Positions 36,138-45,317 of a DNA stretch of 64,000 nucleotides are shown one piece after another (position 1 is the first letter of the stretch; each line of letters starts with the position of its first letter). A program made the translations under genes and the position numbers. Below the pieces are notes generated by a model, which was not told where the DNA came from, searched no databases, and saw nothing but the letters and a program-made list of their open reading frames with translations. Source of the DNA: a virus (taxonomy: Duplodnaviria; Heunggongvirae; Uroviricota; Caudoviricetes); the IMG/VR virus record IMGVR_UViG_3300035678_000001. One strand, given 5' to 3'.

Positions 36138-37199
36138 TCAGCCACGGTCGTCGTCCTCGTCGTCGTCCGCACCGGGGATCTGGTCGCGGTAGTTGTCGGT
36201 CACTTCGGTCCAGTTCTGGGAGACGAGCCGGAGCAGGGCGCGCTCGCGCTCCTGCCGCTCGTACGCCTCATCCCAGGTGTCCTCGTTCTTCACGAGGTCG
36301 ATCTCGGCCTGGATCAGGTCTTGCAGGACGCGGGGGTCGAGCGCATCCAACTCCCACGACTCGTCCAGCCCAGTCTCGGCCATGTACGCCTCGAAGCGCG
36401 AGTCGGTTGTCTTGGCCGGGTTCGGAGGCGGGGCGTACTGCTGCACCTGCGCGTAGGACAGCGCGATCCGCTTGAGCCGGAACGGCGCCTGCGTCGGGCC
36501 GACGTTGCCACCGACGATGGTCATGTTGCGGCGCATGTGGTCGTAGATGTCGGCGCTGGTGATGCCGGTCATCCCGGCCATGAACTCGCGCTTCCAGTCG
36601 TTGAGCACGAAGGTCGCCAGGCGCTTCTGCATGTCGCGGGTCATGTCCAGCCCGGACGGGTCGTGGTCACCGATGTGCAGGATGGTCACCCGGTCGCCAC
36701 GGCGCAAGTAGTCACCGACGCGCTGGCTCGCAGCCCACATCTCGCTGGCACTGGTGTAGCCACGGCAGGCGAAGTACGGGACGTTGTTGCCCTCGCAGAC
36801 GGCCTCGATGACGCCGATGCCAGCGTCCTTCTCGATCCACACCTCGACCCGCTGCTTCTGCGTCTTCCACAGGTCGGTGCGGTACTGCTCGGACACCGCG
36901 TTGATGAGGGTGCGCGGCGACTCCCAGTGCGGCTGGCTGACGAGGTTGCGGGTGCGGTCGATCATGTAGTCCCAGTCGAACAGCCCGGCCATGCGGGCGT
37001 CGTTGAGGATGTCTCCGAGCCGCTTGTAGTTCTGCTGCTTGTTGTCCATCAGCCCACGGGCGACGAACTGGTAGTAGACCTGCCGCAGGGTCAGCGAGAG
37101 CCCCTGCTGGGCGTACTCCTCGCAGATCTCGGTGGCCTGGTCCACGACCGCGAGCCGCTCGGCGCCGATCTTGATGTTGGCGTACTTGATGCGGGACAT
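36138..37199 (-). CDS. Spo11 / topoisomerase VI-A-like protein (Mini-A-type: 5Y-CAP-like domain plus Toprim), 353 aa
   Basis: Candidate catalytic Tyr in TLRQVYYQFV (res 42-43, compare the R-[DE]-[IV]-[FY]-Y motif of Spo11/Top6A). Toprim Glu in VEVWIEKDAG (res 123). DxD in ILHIGDHDPSGLDM (res 178/180, compare VDCDPHG). The Y-E spacing of 80 and E-DxD spacing of 55 are consistent with Top6A. ATG start at 37199 confirmed. Confidence 0.55.
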   Translation of the reverse strand: MSRIKYANIKIGAERLAVVDQATEICEEYAQQGLSLTLRQVYYQFVARGLMDNKQQNYKRLGDILNDARMAGLFDWDYMIDRTRNLVSQPHWESPRTLINAVSEQYRTDLWKTQKQRVEVWIEKDAGIGVIEAVCEGNNVPYFACRGYTSASEMWAASQRVGDYLRRGDRVTILHIGDHDPSGLDMTRDMQKRLATFVLNDWKREFMAGMTGITSADIYDHMRRNMTIVGGNVGPTQAPFRLKRIALSYAQVQQYAPPPNPAKTTDSRFEAYMAETGLDESWELDALDPRVLQDLIQAEIDLVKNEDTWDEAYERQERERALLRLVSQNWTEVTDNYRDQIPGADDDEDDDRG

Positions 37200-37528
37200 C
37201 AGACGTTCCTCGTGAAGGTCAGGGGCGGACGGCCAGTGGCCTTGGTGACGTGCAGGGTGTGGCCGCGCTCGGCGTGGTCCTTGCGGTTGCGCCAGCCGCC
37301 GGTCGTGCCGCACTTGCAGACCCAGCGCCACGAGTCGTGGCTCAACGGCATCTCTGCACCCTCGACGGCGGGCCGATGCTCGATGGTCATGTCGTGCCTG
37401 GGGAAGACCAACTCCCACCGCTCGTCGTGGACACCGAAGATGCCACGGCACTCCCACTCGCCGGGCTGCGCGCCGCACTTGGGGCACTCGTGCTTGGCGA
37501 CCTCGGCATGGTTGGTGAAGACGCCCAT
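37199..37528 (-). CDS. Zinc-finger protein, 109 aa
   Basis: CPKCG...C ... CKCG. The ATG at 37528 forms an ATGA overlap with the upstream stop. Confidence 0.5.
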   Translation of the reverse strand: MGVFTNHAEVAKHECPKCGAQPGEWECRGIFGVHDERWELVFPRHDMTIEHRPAVEGAEMPLSHDSWRWVCKCGTTGGWRNRKDHAERGHTLHVTKATGRPPLTFTRNV

Positions 37529-38010
37529 CAGGACACCTTCTTCGGGCGCTTGTAGATGATGCGGTCGGACGAGAAGGTGCGGCTGTGGCCGGTACGGTCG
37601 GTCTTCACCTCGACGTTGATCTTGCCCTCGTTGGGGCCGGTGCCGAACTCGACGCCGACGACCTTCCACATGCCGCGCTCGCCCTCGACCCGGCAGGGGT
37701 GGCCGACCTCGATGAGGAAGTTCTTGGTGCCGGACTTCTTGTAGAAGCCGCGAGCGCGCTTCCAGTTGCGGGCGGGCGGGATGTGCTCGGGCGCCGGGTT
37801 CTTCTCGTAGCGGTGGCGCTGACCGAGGTGGCCCTGCTCGCGGGTGCAGACCCCGGCGTTGGACTTGAACCCGCAGCGGGTGCTGGACGGGGTGACGCCG
37901 GAGCCGCCGGGCGGCGGGGTGGCTGGCTTGGTGCTGCCACCAGCCTTGGCGATCTCGTCGCGAACGATGGCACGGACGGCCTGTTCGAGATCAGCGGAGA
38001 GGGTGGACAC
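37528..38010 (-). CDS. Hypothetical protein, 160 aa
   Basis: GTG at 38010 preceded by a perfect GGAGG RBS, confirmed in the sequence. Confidence 0.5.
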   Translation of the reverse strand: MSTLSADLEQAVRAIVRDEIAKAGGSTKPATPPPGGSGVTPSSTRCGFKSNAGVCTREQGHLGQRHRYEKNPAPEHIPPARNWKRARGFYKKSGTKNFLIEVGHPCRVEGERGMWKVVGVEFGTGPNEGKINVEVKTDRTGHSRTFSSDRIIYKRPKKVS

Positions 38011-38067
38011 GGAGGTGCCTCCTGTGGGTCGTGATGACTCTGACCCAAGAAGAATACCACACTCCAA

Positions 38068-38083
38068 AGATGTCCGGTAGTAC
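38068..38083. promoter_or_regulatory. Motif family 2 copy (AGATGTCCGGTAGTAC), near-identical to 5110..5126
   Basis: A 15/16-nt match between two intergenic regions 33 kb apart. Confidence 0.45.
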
Positions 38084-38086
38084 GGT

Positions 38087-38308
38087 CTATCGGGACTTCG
38101 GGGTGTAGGAGTGCGTCCCACCGTGTCCAGCCCGCTTGTTGCACGGCAGGCGACCCGACCTCGGGTTCCTCTTGTAGCCGCAGACCTCGCTCGGGGAGGA
38201 GTAGACCACCTGCCCACCCTCACTCACGTAGAAGGCCCGGTCGTCACCCTCCGTGGCTGGCTGGCTCAAGATCACCGTCCCAGTAGAAGGGTTGTACGGG
38301 TCCACCAC
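38087..38308 (-). CDS. Small hypothetical protein, 73 aa
   Basis: Track ORF followed by a 189-bp noncoding gap. Confidence 0.35.
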   Translation of the reverse strand: MVDPYNPSTGTVILSQPATEGDDRAFYVSEGGQVVYSSPSEVCGYKRNPRSGRLPCNKRAGHGGTHSYTPKSR

Positions 38309-38497
38309 CCCATCCCGGCGCCCAGAGGTTCAGAGGCTGCCCCCTACCCCACCAGACTCTGCACTGGCTTCTAGGTAGGAGACGCCTCTGCCTCCGAGCG
38401 CCGGGGATGTCGCATCCCGTATGCCCTGTCGGCTCGTCGTCTGCCCCACGGTGGGCCTCACCGCGTCGGGGACCGTAGCAGACCGTTTGAGGTGGTG

Positions 38498-38863
38498 TCA
38501 GCCCTGTCCGGGAAGGATCAGGCCGGACGGGCTCGTCATGGGGCCAGGAGCACCACCGTGGCCGTTGGAGCCCGCCAGCATGACGCTGCGCTGCTGCTGC
38601 AAGCCTTCGATGGCGTTGCGCAGTGCGCCCTCCAACTGCTCGGCCTCCGGCGCCAGCGACGGGATCAGCATGGTGTTCGCCAGACCCTGGCCCAGCACCG
38701 GGCTCGGGATGGTCAGGACGACCGCCAGGAGCGGCTGTGGGCGCCCCTCCGGCCCCGGCATGAGCACCAGGGCCACCTCGTAGGCGATGCCCTGTCCTGG
38801 GGCCGCACGGTCGATCACGTCTTCCACGATGGCCGCTACCTGCTCGGTGATCCGCTCGCTCAT
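38498..38863 (-). CDS. Hypothetical protein, 121 aa
   Basis: The ATG at 38863 forms an ATGA overlap with the helicase stop. Confidence 0.45.
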   Translation of the reverse strand: MSERITEQVAAIVEDVIDRAAPGQGIAYEVALVLMPGPEGRPQPLLAVVLTIPSPVLGQGLANTMLIPSLAPEAEQLEGALRNAIEGLQQQRSVMLAGSNGHGGAPGPMTSPSGLILPGQG

Positions 38864-40485
38864 CTGCGCTTGGTCCTCTTTCGGTTGCGGGCGATGCCCA
38901 GGGCAGCGCGCCGGTCGGCTGCGCTGACGAACCTCTCGTCGTCGTACGTGTCGTCCCCGAGCACGATGTCGGCGTCCTCGTTGCGGGTCATCATCGTCTC
39001 GGCCCGGCTCTCCTCGACCGTGCCCAGGGCGATGTAGGACTGGACGGTGAGGATCTTGTCCTTGCCGCCGACGATGCGCGAGCAGCGGTTGATCCGCTGG
39101 ATGTAGGACGTGTGCAGGGTCGGCAACTCGTAGTTGGTCACGTACGTCGCCTCGGGCAGGTTCAAGCCCTTGGAGCCCGCATCCGAGGACACCAGCACCG
39201 CCGGACCCTCCCAGGCCCGGAACGCCTTCCTGGCAGCGTCAGCGACGGCCTCGGTAAGCCCGCCGTGGTTGGTGAAGACCTTGATCTTGTGCTTCTCCAA
39301 GTCGCGGGTCAGCAGCGGCACGATGGACTGGCCGAAGAAGGAGAAGACGACCAACTTGGCGCCCTGCTCGGTGATGACCCCGGCGTGCTCCACGAGCGCC
39401 TCGGCCTTCACCGAGGGCAGCGCGCAGATGTAGTCCCGCCCGAACTCCTCGGTGAGCATCGTCGCCAGCGCGCCAGGGCTGCGGGTGATGGCCTCGGGGT
39501 AGCCAGCGATCTGCCGGAGCACGGTGTAGAGCCCCGGCACGTCCACCGGCTCGCCCGTCTCGTCGTCCCAGCCGAGCGCCTCGACAGCCTCGTAGAACTT
39601 GAGGGTGTCCGGTGGCAGGTCGAACTTGAGGCTCTGCTCGGTCATCTTGGGGAACTGGGCGATCACGTCCTCGTCGGTCTTGCGCTTGCGGTGGATCCAC
39701 GGTCGGACGTACTCCTGATGGAACAGCGGGAGCAAGCCCTTGTGGTACTGCGGGCGCCCGAACGGGTCGCGGCCACGCAGGAAGGTCTTCTCGTACTCCG
39801 CGATGGTCGGCAGCCCCACCGGCTGGCAGATCCGGCGGACGTTGAACACGTCGTCCGGGCCTGTCTCGAACGGCGTGGCCGACAGCGCGATGGTCCGCAC
39901 CCCGGCTGCCTTGCGCATCTGCTTGGTCGCGTGCGCCCACACCCGGTGGGTCTGCGAGGAGCGGTTCTTCAACTTGGTGGCCTCATCGAAGACGATGAGC
40001 ACCCGAGCCCCACGGAAGTGGTCCAGCATCCAGCCGTCCACCATCGTCTTGCCGCGCTTGTTGGGCTCTTGGATCAACTTGCCGAAGTCGGTGCGACCCG
40101 TCTCGTACGTCGTGACGGTGACGGCGTGGTTGGACTCCTTGAGCCGCTTCTCCCGGCCCGGCCCGTGGTGCTTCATGGCCTGCAAGGCGGTGAACTGGTG
40201 GAAGTCGTCCACCCACTCGCCCATCTTGACCCGCTCGCACACGACGATGGTGTGGTCGATCAGCCCCTCGCCCATGAGGAAGGTTGCGACCACCATCGCC
40301 AGGTGCGACTTGCCCAGGCCGGTGTCCCAGATGATCCCGGCGCCGCCGTTGTGGTTGTGCATCTCGGTGAGCACCAGCGAGACGGAGATGCCCTCCATCT
40401 GGAACTCGAACAGACCCCAGGGGGAGAAGTAGAGAGCGCCCTCCGGCCACTGGGGCTCGGAGGGCGCCTCGACTGTCTGTGTCAC
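38860..40485 (-). CDS. SNF2/DEAD-like superfamily II helicase, ~541 aa
   Basis: Motif I GLGKSHLAMVVATFL, motif II VIFDEATKLKN, motif III ALSATPFE and motif VI QRINRCSRIVGG. GTG at 40485 (GTGA overlap). Confidence 0.75.
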   Translation of the reverse strand: MTQTVEAPSEPQWPEGALYFSPWGLFEFQMEGISVSLVLTEMHNHNGGAGIIWDTGLGKSHLAMVVATFLMGEGLIDHTIVVCERVKMGEWVDDFHQFTALQAMKHHGPGREKRLKESNHAVTVTTYETGRTDFGKLIQEPNKRGKTMVDGWMLDHFRGARVLIVFDEATKLKNRSSQTHRVWAHATKQMRKAAGVRTIALSATPFETGPDDVFNVRRICQPVGLPTIAEYEKTFLRGRDPFGRPQYHKGLLPLFHQEYVRPWIHRKRKTDEDVIAQFPKMTEQSLKFDLPPDTLKFYEAVEALGWDDETGEPVDVPGLYTVLRQIAGYPEAITRSPGALATMLTEEFGRDYICALPSVKAEALVEHAGVITEQGAKLVVFSFFGQSIVPLLTRDLEKHKIKVFTNHGGLTEAVADAARKAFRAWEGPAVLVSSDAGSKGLNLPEATYVTNYELPTLHTSYIQRINRCSRIVGGKDKILTVQSYIALGTVEESRAETMMTRNEDADIVLGDDTYDDERFVSAADRRAALGIARNRKRTKRR

Positions 40486-40799
40486 ACCGTGGCGGGAGCC
40501 GCCAGCGCCAACTCCCACTCGACGCCGAACTCACCGTCGCCAGGGAACTCGATGGCGCGGGTGCCGACGACCTCGCCCCGGCACTTGAGGGTCAGAGCGG
40601 GGTCAGGAGCGACGAGGAAGCAGTGCTCCGGGAAGTGCCCGAGGAACTTGATCGAGGACTCGCCCACCAGGCGACAGGCAGGCACCTCGTGCGGCCCCCA
40701 GGTCATCGTCCACGGACCGGAGTCGTGGAGGGCACGCTCGATCTGGCGGGCACGGTAGACCGCCGAAGCCACTGCGAAGTCGAGCACCATGCTGGTCAC
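40482..40799 (-). CDS. Hypothetical protein, 105 aa
   Basis: Track ORF. First gene after the tail module. Confidence 0.45.
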   Translation of the reverse strand: MTSMVLDFAVASAVYRARQIERALHDSGPWTMTWGPHEVPACRLVGESSIKFLGHFPEHCFLVAPDPALTLKCRGEVVGTRAIEFPGDGEFGVEWELALAAPATV

Positions 40800-40893
40800 C
40801 CCCGTCCACTCCCAAGATGCTTGCTAGTGGGACTGTACCCAGAGTGAGCACGTCCAGTCCACAGGCATCTTCCACAGGGTGTGGAGAAGCGAA

Positions 40894-42393
40894 CTAGACG
40901 ACGCCCCAGTTGGCGCCATCAGCAACCACCCGTAGAACCGCATACTGGGCCAAGGTGCGGGAGGCGTCTCCGTCAATGGTTCCGACCAGTGGGGTCACCG
41001 TCAGAGCGGTCGAGTCGAGGTTCTTGATGGTGAACATCCGACCCGTGCGTCCAACCGGCGTGGGGAGAGTGGCGGTCAGGGTGACACCGGAGAAGAAGAC
41101 CACCGAGTCGGCGTTGGTCAGCGTGTAATCAGCCGTCTTGGTGGAGAACGGCTGGGACACTTCCGGCCCGTACTTCTCGGTCGCCAACTCGGTGATCGCA
41201 GCCTGCACATCGGTGGCGGCGACCGACCCTGCTGGTGTGTAGGAGATGGCCGAGGCGTCATGAGCGTCGGTGGTGTCCGCGAGGTGGTCTGACAGCGCCG
41301 TGGCGACCGCCTGGACATCGCTCTCGACTTCCACGACGGCTGCTTGCACGTCAGTGGCCGCGATGGTCCCCACAGGCGCGAAGGAGATCGAGGCAGCCAC
41401 CAGGGCGGCGCCATCGAACAGCAGGCCATCCTGATCCACCCCGACCGTGTGGGCGCCGTCGTCGGCGGCGTACAGCCGCACACGGGTGGCATGGCCGGTC
41501 GGGCTGGACGGCACGACCTCCACCGTGTCGGTCTTGACGACCGTCTCATCAGCGGTGGCCGCAACCGCCCCTGCACCGAGAGCGATGGCCCGAGCAGCCG
41601 TGGCCTGGGCCGCGAAGCCGACCGCTGTGGCGTCTGCCGAAGCCGCGTGCGCTCCGGCACCGAGGGCGGTGGCGCGCAGAGCGGTCGCCAGAGCGACCTC
41701 ACCGACCGCCGTGGTGTCGTTGGCACTGGCCTGGGTCTGGGCACCGAGCGCCGTGGCTCGGAGCCCGCTGGCTACCGAGTCCGAGCCGACCGCGCTGGCT
41801 TGGTTGGCGCTGGCCGCAGCAGCCTGGCCGACCGCTGTGGAGCCGGTGCCACCCGCCGAAGCGGACTCACCCAGAGCCGTGGCTTGGAAGGTCGAGGCGT
41901 CAGCGTTGTGACCCAGCGCAGTGCTCTGGTCGCTCTCTGCGATGGCACCGGGACCGACCTGGGTGGACTCGAAGCCGTCTCCGGCATGGGTCGAGTCGGC
42001 ACCACCGGCTCCGGTGGACGCGATGATCTGGTCGAGGGCGTCCTGCACGTTCTGTGCGGTGATCGACACGCTCGGTGACGTGTAGGGCGTCTGCGCGGCG
42101 GTCTGGAAGTCGCCCTCGGCGGGCTCAAGGACATCCACGTCCTCGAACACGACCTCGGCGTTGCTGCCCAGCGTGACGCCCAGCGTGACGCGCTGCGGGG
42201 TGTCGGTGTAGATCGAGACGACGCCCGTCAGACTCGTGAACGGGTTCGAGAGCGGCGTGCCACCCGCGCTAGACCCGTAGAACGGGTCGGCCAGTGGGGT
42301 GTTCGTCCCAGGACGCAGGACACGGATCGAGGCGCCAGCGAGCGTGTTGCCCGCGTTGTCGGTGATCGTCTTGAGCAGGTGAGCCCGCGCCAT
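40894..42393 (-). CDS. Tail fibre-like protein 1 (499 aa) with a shared N-terminal anchor and ~9 tandem ATALG/TAVG repeats
   Basis: N-terminus MARAHLLKTITDNAGNTLAGASIRVLRPGTNTPLADPFY is paralogous to the N-termini of the 43981..45297 and 45811..47520 genes. Ala/Gly/Thr-rich 13-15-aa repeats. Preceded by the late leader motif. Confidence 0.6.
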   Translation of the reverse strand: MARAHLLKTITDNAGNTLAGASIRVLRPGTNTPLADPFYGSSAGGTPLSNPFTSLTGVVSIYTDTPQRVTLGVTLGSNAEVVFEDVDVLEPAEGDFQTAAQTPYTSPSVSITAQNVQDALDQIIASTGAGGADSTHAGDGFESTQVGPGAIAESDQSTALGHNADASTFQATALGESASAGGTGSTAVGQAAAASANQASAVGSDSVASGLRATALGAQTQASANDTTAVGEVALATALRATALGAGAHAASADATAVGFAAQATAARAIALGAGAVAATADETVVKTDTVEVVPSSPTGHATRVRLYAADDGAHTVGVDQDGLLFDGAALVAASISFAPVGTIAATDVQAAVVEVESDVQAVATALSDHLADTTDAHDASAISYTPAGSVAATDVQAAITELATEKYGPEVSQPFSTKTADYTLTNADSVVFFSGVTLTATLPTPVGRTGRMFTIKNLDSTALTVTPLVGTIDGDASRTLAQYAVLRVVADGANWGVV

Positions 42394-42411
42394 CGTGGTC
42401 CTCTCTCGTCC

Positions 42412-42427
42412 CTCACCCCTTCACAGG
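42412..42427 (-). promoter_or_regulatory. Conserved late-gene leader motif copy 2
   Basis: ctcaccccttcacagg, identical 16-mer. Confidence 0.55.
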
Positions 42428-42449
42428 GCTCAAGAGGGGTTGGACAGGC

Positions 42450-42881
42450 TCACGGGGCGAGCGTGAAGATCGCCAGGTTGTTGCCGAGGAGGTCCAGCAC
42501 GATGATCGTGTTCTCGGCAGCCAACTTGTTCACCGTGGCGCTGACGCTGGCGGGGCCGGTGGCCGGATCTTGCTCCACAGACCCAACCGGGGTGCCCCCT
42601 ACTGCGTTCTGGCCCAACTTGACTTGGAAGCGCAGCCGGTTGTAGCCGGGGTTGCCGACCGAGTTGCCGACGTTCTCGCCTGTGATGGTGACCAGCACGG
42701 GGCCGCTGTCTCCTGCGGCTGGGGCGTTCACCACAGTGAAGTCATCGAGCGAGAAGCCCTCGCTGACCCCGTACGCCTTGTAGTCACTGGTCGTGCCGGT
42801 GTTCTGCCAGGTCCACGCCCCCAGGGAGCGGGGCGGTGGAGATGGCGAAGCCACCGGACCGAGTGTGCAGACGGCGCCCAT
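42450..42881 (-). CDS. Hypothetical tail-associated protein, 143 aa
   Basis: Internal ATG at 42881 forms an ATGA overlap. The upstream 120 residues of the track ORF are Arg/Gly-rich junk. Confidence 0.5.
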   Translation of the reverse strand: MGAVCTLGPVASPSPPPRSLGAWTWQNTGTTSDYKAYGVSEGFSLDDFTVVNAPAAGDSGPVLVTITGENVGNSVGNPGYNRLRFQVKLGQNAVGGTPVGSVEQDPATGPASVSATVNKLAAENTIIVLDLLGNNLAIFTLAP

Positions 42882-43966
42882 CAGAAGCAGTCGAGGTTGA
42901 TGAGCATGTCGGAGGCCGGGGTGCCGTTGACGCTGGTCACGTCGAACTTCCACATGTCGCCCTGGGCGGTGTCCACCGTCGCGTTTGTGACCGCCACGTT
43001 GTCTCCGGCGTTCACCGTGACCGAGATGCTGTCCCCGGTGTCCACGCCGTTGTTGTAGCGGTGGCCGACGACCGTGAAGCCACCGCCCGAGCCGCCGGGT
43101 GCGATGTCCACCCGGACGATCATTCGGCGCACCGTGGTCGGGCCGGTCGGGATGCGCAGGCCCGGCTTGAAGATGTGAGTGGCGACGGCGACCTCGCCCG
43201 CGACGACGCAGGACAGGTAGAGCGGCTCGTTGTAGACCCACCGCAGACTGCCCAGGGCAGCACCGTCCACCAGTCCGACCCGCGTGTCCTTGCCTGCCAC
43301 ACCGACGTACGAGCCGAGCGCGGGGCTGCCGCTCTCATCGGTGTAGGTGCCGAGCAGGATGTCGTTGCGCCAGACGCTGATGGTGGGCGCTGTGTTGCTG
43401 GTATCCACCTGGGCAGCGAAGCGGTCATACCCAGGGTTGCCGGTCGAGAAGGTATGCAGCAAGACGTTGCTGGCGGCATCACCTACAGCAAGGCGCACGC
43501 CGTTCTGGCGGATCTGGATGATGTAGCCAGAGCCGTTGCTGTTGCTGCGCAACAGCAGATCTTCCTGCTCGAAGCCACCGTAGATCCCGCCAGGGAAGGT
43601 GGCGGCGATGATCTGCGCACCGCTGCCGACCTGTACGACGTAGCCACCACCGTTGACACCGAACGCCAACTCGCGCTCGTCAACGGTGATGGCGCCACCA
43701 CCGGGATAGAGAGACTCCGACAGGAAGTTGTGCGGCTGCCCACCGGAGTAGTAGTCCTTTGGTCCATCCTTCTGATTGAAGTTGTCTCGGAACGACGTGC
43801 CGAGGGCGCCCTTGAGCACCAGCGTGCGTCCGGTCGGCTGGTCGTAGTGGATGTCGCCGGGGGTACGGCAGTCGAACGACGGGATGTCTGTGCCGATGGT
43901 GGCGCGGGTGATCCCGAGGAGGTGCTGCGAGATCTCCTCAAGATGCGCGTGATTCCGCTCGTACAT
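42881..43966 (-). CDS. Tail-associated protein, 361 aa, whose C-terminal domain is paralogous to the C-terminus of the 569-aa fibre
   Basis: C-terminus ...GDMWKFDVTSVNGTPASDMLINLDCF versus ...GDILKFNCSQVGSTTPGSDLLMSVDFA in the 45811..47520 gene. Confidence 0.55.
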   Translation of the reverse strand: MYERNHAHLEEISQHLLGITRATIGTDIPSFDCRTPGDIHYDQPTGRTLVLKGALGTSFRDNFNQKDGPKDYYSGGQPHNFLSESLYPGGGAITVDERELAFGVNGGGYVVQVGSGAQIIAATFPGGIYGGFEQEDLLLRSNSNGSGYIIQIRQNGVRLAVGDAASNVLLHTFSTGNPGYDRFAAQVDTSNTAPTISVWRNDILLGTYTDESGSPALGSYVGVAGKDTRVGLVDGAALGSLRWVYNEPLYLSCVVAGEVAVATHIFKPGLRIPTGPTTVRRMIVRVDIAPGGSGGGFTVVGHRYNNGVDTGDSISVTVNAGDNVAVTNATVDTAQGDMWKFDVTSVNGTPASDMLINLDCF

Positions 43967-43980
43967 CTACTTCTCCCTCG

Positions 43981-45297
43981 TCAACCGATGATGGGGTTGC
44001 ACGCGCTCGACTCGCGGTGCGGCCCGACACGAAGGTGACCCATCGTGTCCACGTAGACATCCCAGCGGTCCCCGTAGTCATCGTGAAGGACAAGCGTCGA
44101 GTGGTAGTTCCCGAAGGGGACGATCTCGACAGCATCAGCAGCAAGCACGCCAGCGTTGCATTCGTCAGACATGGCGGTGTCCCCGATGGCCCAGGCACCG
44201 TTCCCTCTGACCTTTGCACGGCGACCCATCGCCACAGCGGGTCCATTCGAGGAAACCTCGGCCTCCTTGCCAAAGACGATGGAGGAGCCGGACTGGCCGA
44301 TGGCGAGGGCGTCCTTGCCGATCACGATGTTGCCGTTGGGGTCTTGCAGACCAGCCACGCGAGCGCCGATGCTGACCCAGTTGGTGCCGTCGAAGCAGAT
44401 GAAGCGCAGCCAGTCCACGGCGCCACTGGCGATCACCAGATCGGGTGGGTTGATGACCTCGCTGGGCCAGGTGGCGTGACGCCCCACTCTGGTCGCCAAG
44501 TTGGCAACCGGCGTTCCGGGGAGAGTGCCGTCGTCGGTGAACTCGGTGGAGCCACCCATCACGTCAGCGAGGTAGAGGTATGCACCCGGAGTGCTCGGGT
44601 CGTTCCGGTAGACCTTGTAGTGGTCCGCGAACTGGTTGTAGTCCCAAGATGTGTAGACCGATCCGGTCGTGACACCATAGGTGCCAGAAACGTAGCCCTC
44701 GTCGTTCTCGGTGATGGGCGACTCGAAGCCGCCGCTATCCACCGTGGTGACGTAGTAGGTCACGTATCCGTACGTGGACCAGTCGATGCTGCCGCCGTCA
44801 TCGAGAGGGAGCGAGTGGACCCCGGTGGGCGCCTTCGGGAAGGGACCGTCCTGCTCCAAGGCCAGGATGAACTCCTTGCCCACCTCTCCGGGCGGGAAGG
44901 TGAAGGTGCAGTCGTCGGTCATCAGGATCTTGTTGATGTTGGCGATGGTCGGCTCGGGGATGGTCTGTGCCGCACCAGAGGCTGGGACGACCCGCAGGAT
45001 GTCTCCACCACCGCCACCAGTCGCGGGCTCAAGGATGTCCACGTCCTCGTAGAAGACCTCGGTGCCCGAGCCGATCTTGATGCCGAGGCGGACCCGCTGG
45101 GCGTCCTCAACGTAGAAGTCGATCACGCCGTCCGCGTAGGTGTGCGGATTGGATCGGGTGACGCCGCTGGTGTCGTCCACGTACATCGTGTCGCTGATCG
45201 GCGTCGTGGTCCCCGGCTGCAAGACCCGGACGATGGCGTTCGGCAGCACGTTGCCCTGGTTGTCCACCACGGGGCGGTACAGGTGTGCGCGGGTCAT
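43981..45297 (-). CDS. Tail fibre-like protein 2 (438 aa), shared N-terminal anchor
   Basis: MTRAHLYRPVVDNQGNVLPNAIVRVLQPGTTTPISDTMY. Preceded by the late leader motif. Confidence 0.6.
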   Translation of the reverse strand: MTRAHLYRPVVDNQGNVLPNAIVRVLQPGTTTPISDTMYVDDTSGVTRSNPHTYADGVIDFYVEDAQRVRLGIKIGSGTEVFYEDVDILEPATGGGGGDILRVVPASGAAQTIPEPTIANINKILMTDDCTFTFPPGEVGKEFILALEQDGPFPKAPTGVHSLPLDDGGSIDWSTYGYVTYYVTTVDSGGFESPITENDEGYVSGTYGVTTGSVYTSWDYNQFADHYKVYRNDPSTPGAYLYLADVMGGSTEFTDDGTLPGTPVANLATRVGRHATWPSEVINPPDLVIASGAVDWLRFICFDGTNWVSIGARVAGLQDPNGNIVIGKDALAIGQSGSSIVFGKEAEVSSNGPAVAMGRRAKVRGNGAWAIGDTAMSDECNAGVLAADAVEIVPFGNYHSTLVLHDDYGDRWDVYVDTMGHLRVGPHRESSACNPIIG

Positions 45298-45317
45298 CGT
45301 GGTCCTCTCGGTGCTCT

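Noticed and set aside
35135-36172. Start of the DUF2786-like gene at 36172 (GTG), overlapping the Spo11-like gene by 35 nt.
   Set aside because: The ATG at 36133 (MLDRISK) gives a 4-nt gap and matches the conserved N-terminus of the family as I recall it. The longer start cannot be excluded without peptide data.
38309-38497. Possible tRNA genes in the larger noncoding gaps 38309..38497, 23414..23718 and 5008..5166.
   Set aside because: No cloverleaf-compatible arrangement was found by eye (acceptor stem plus GTTCRANYC-type T-loop). Only simple hairpins were seen. A tRNAscan-SE run would be decisive.
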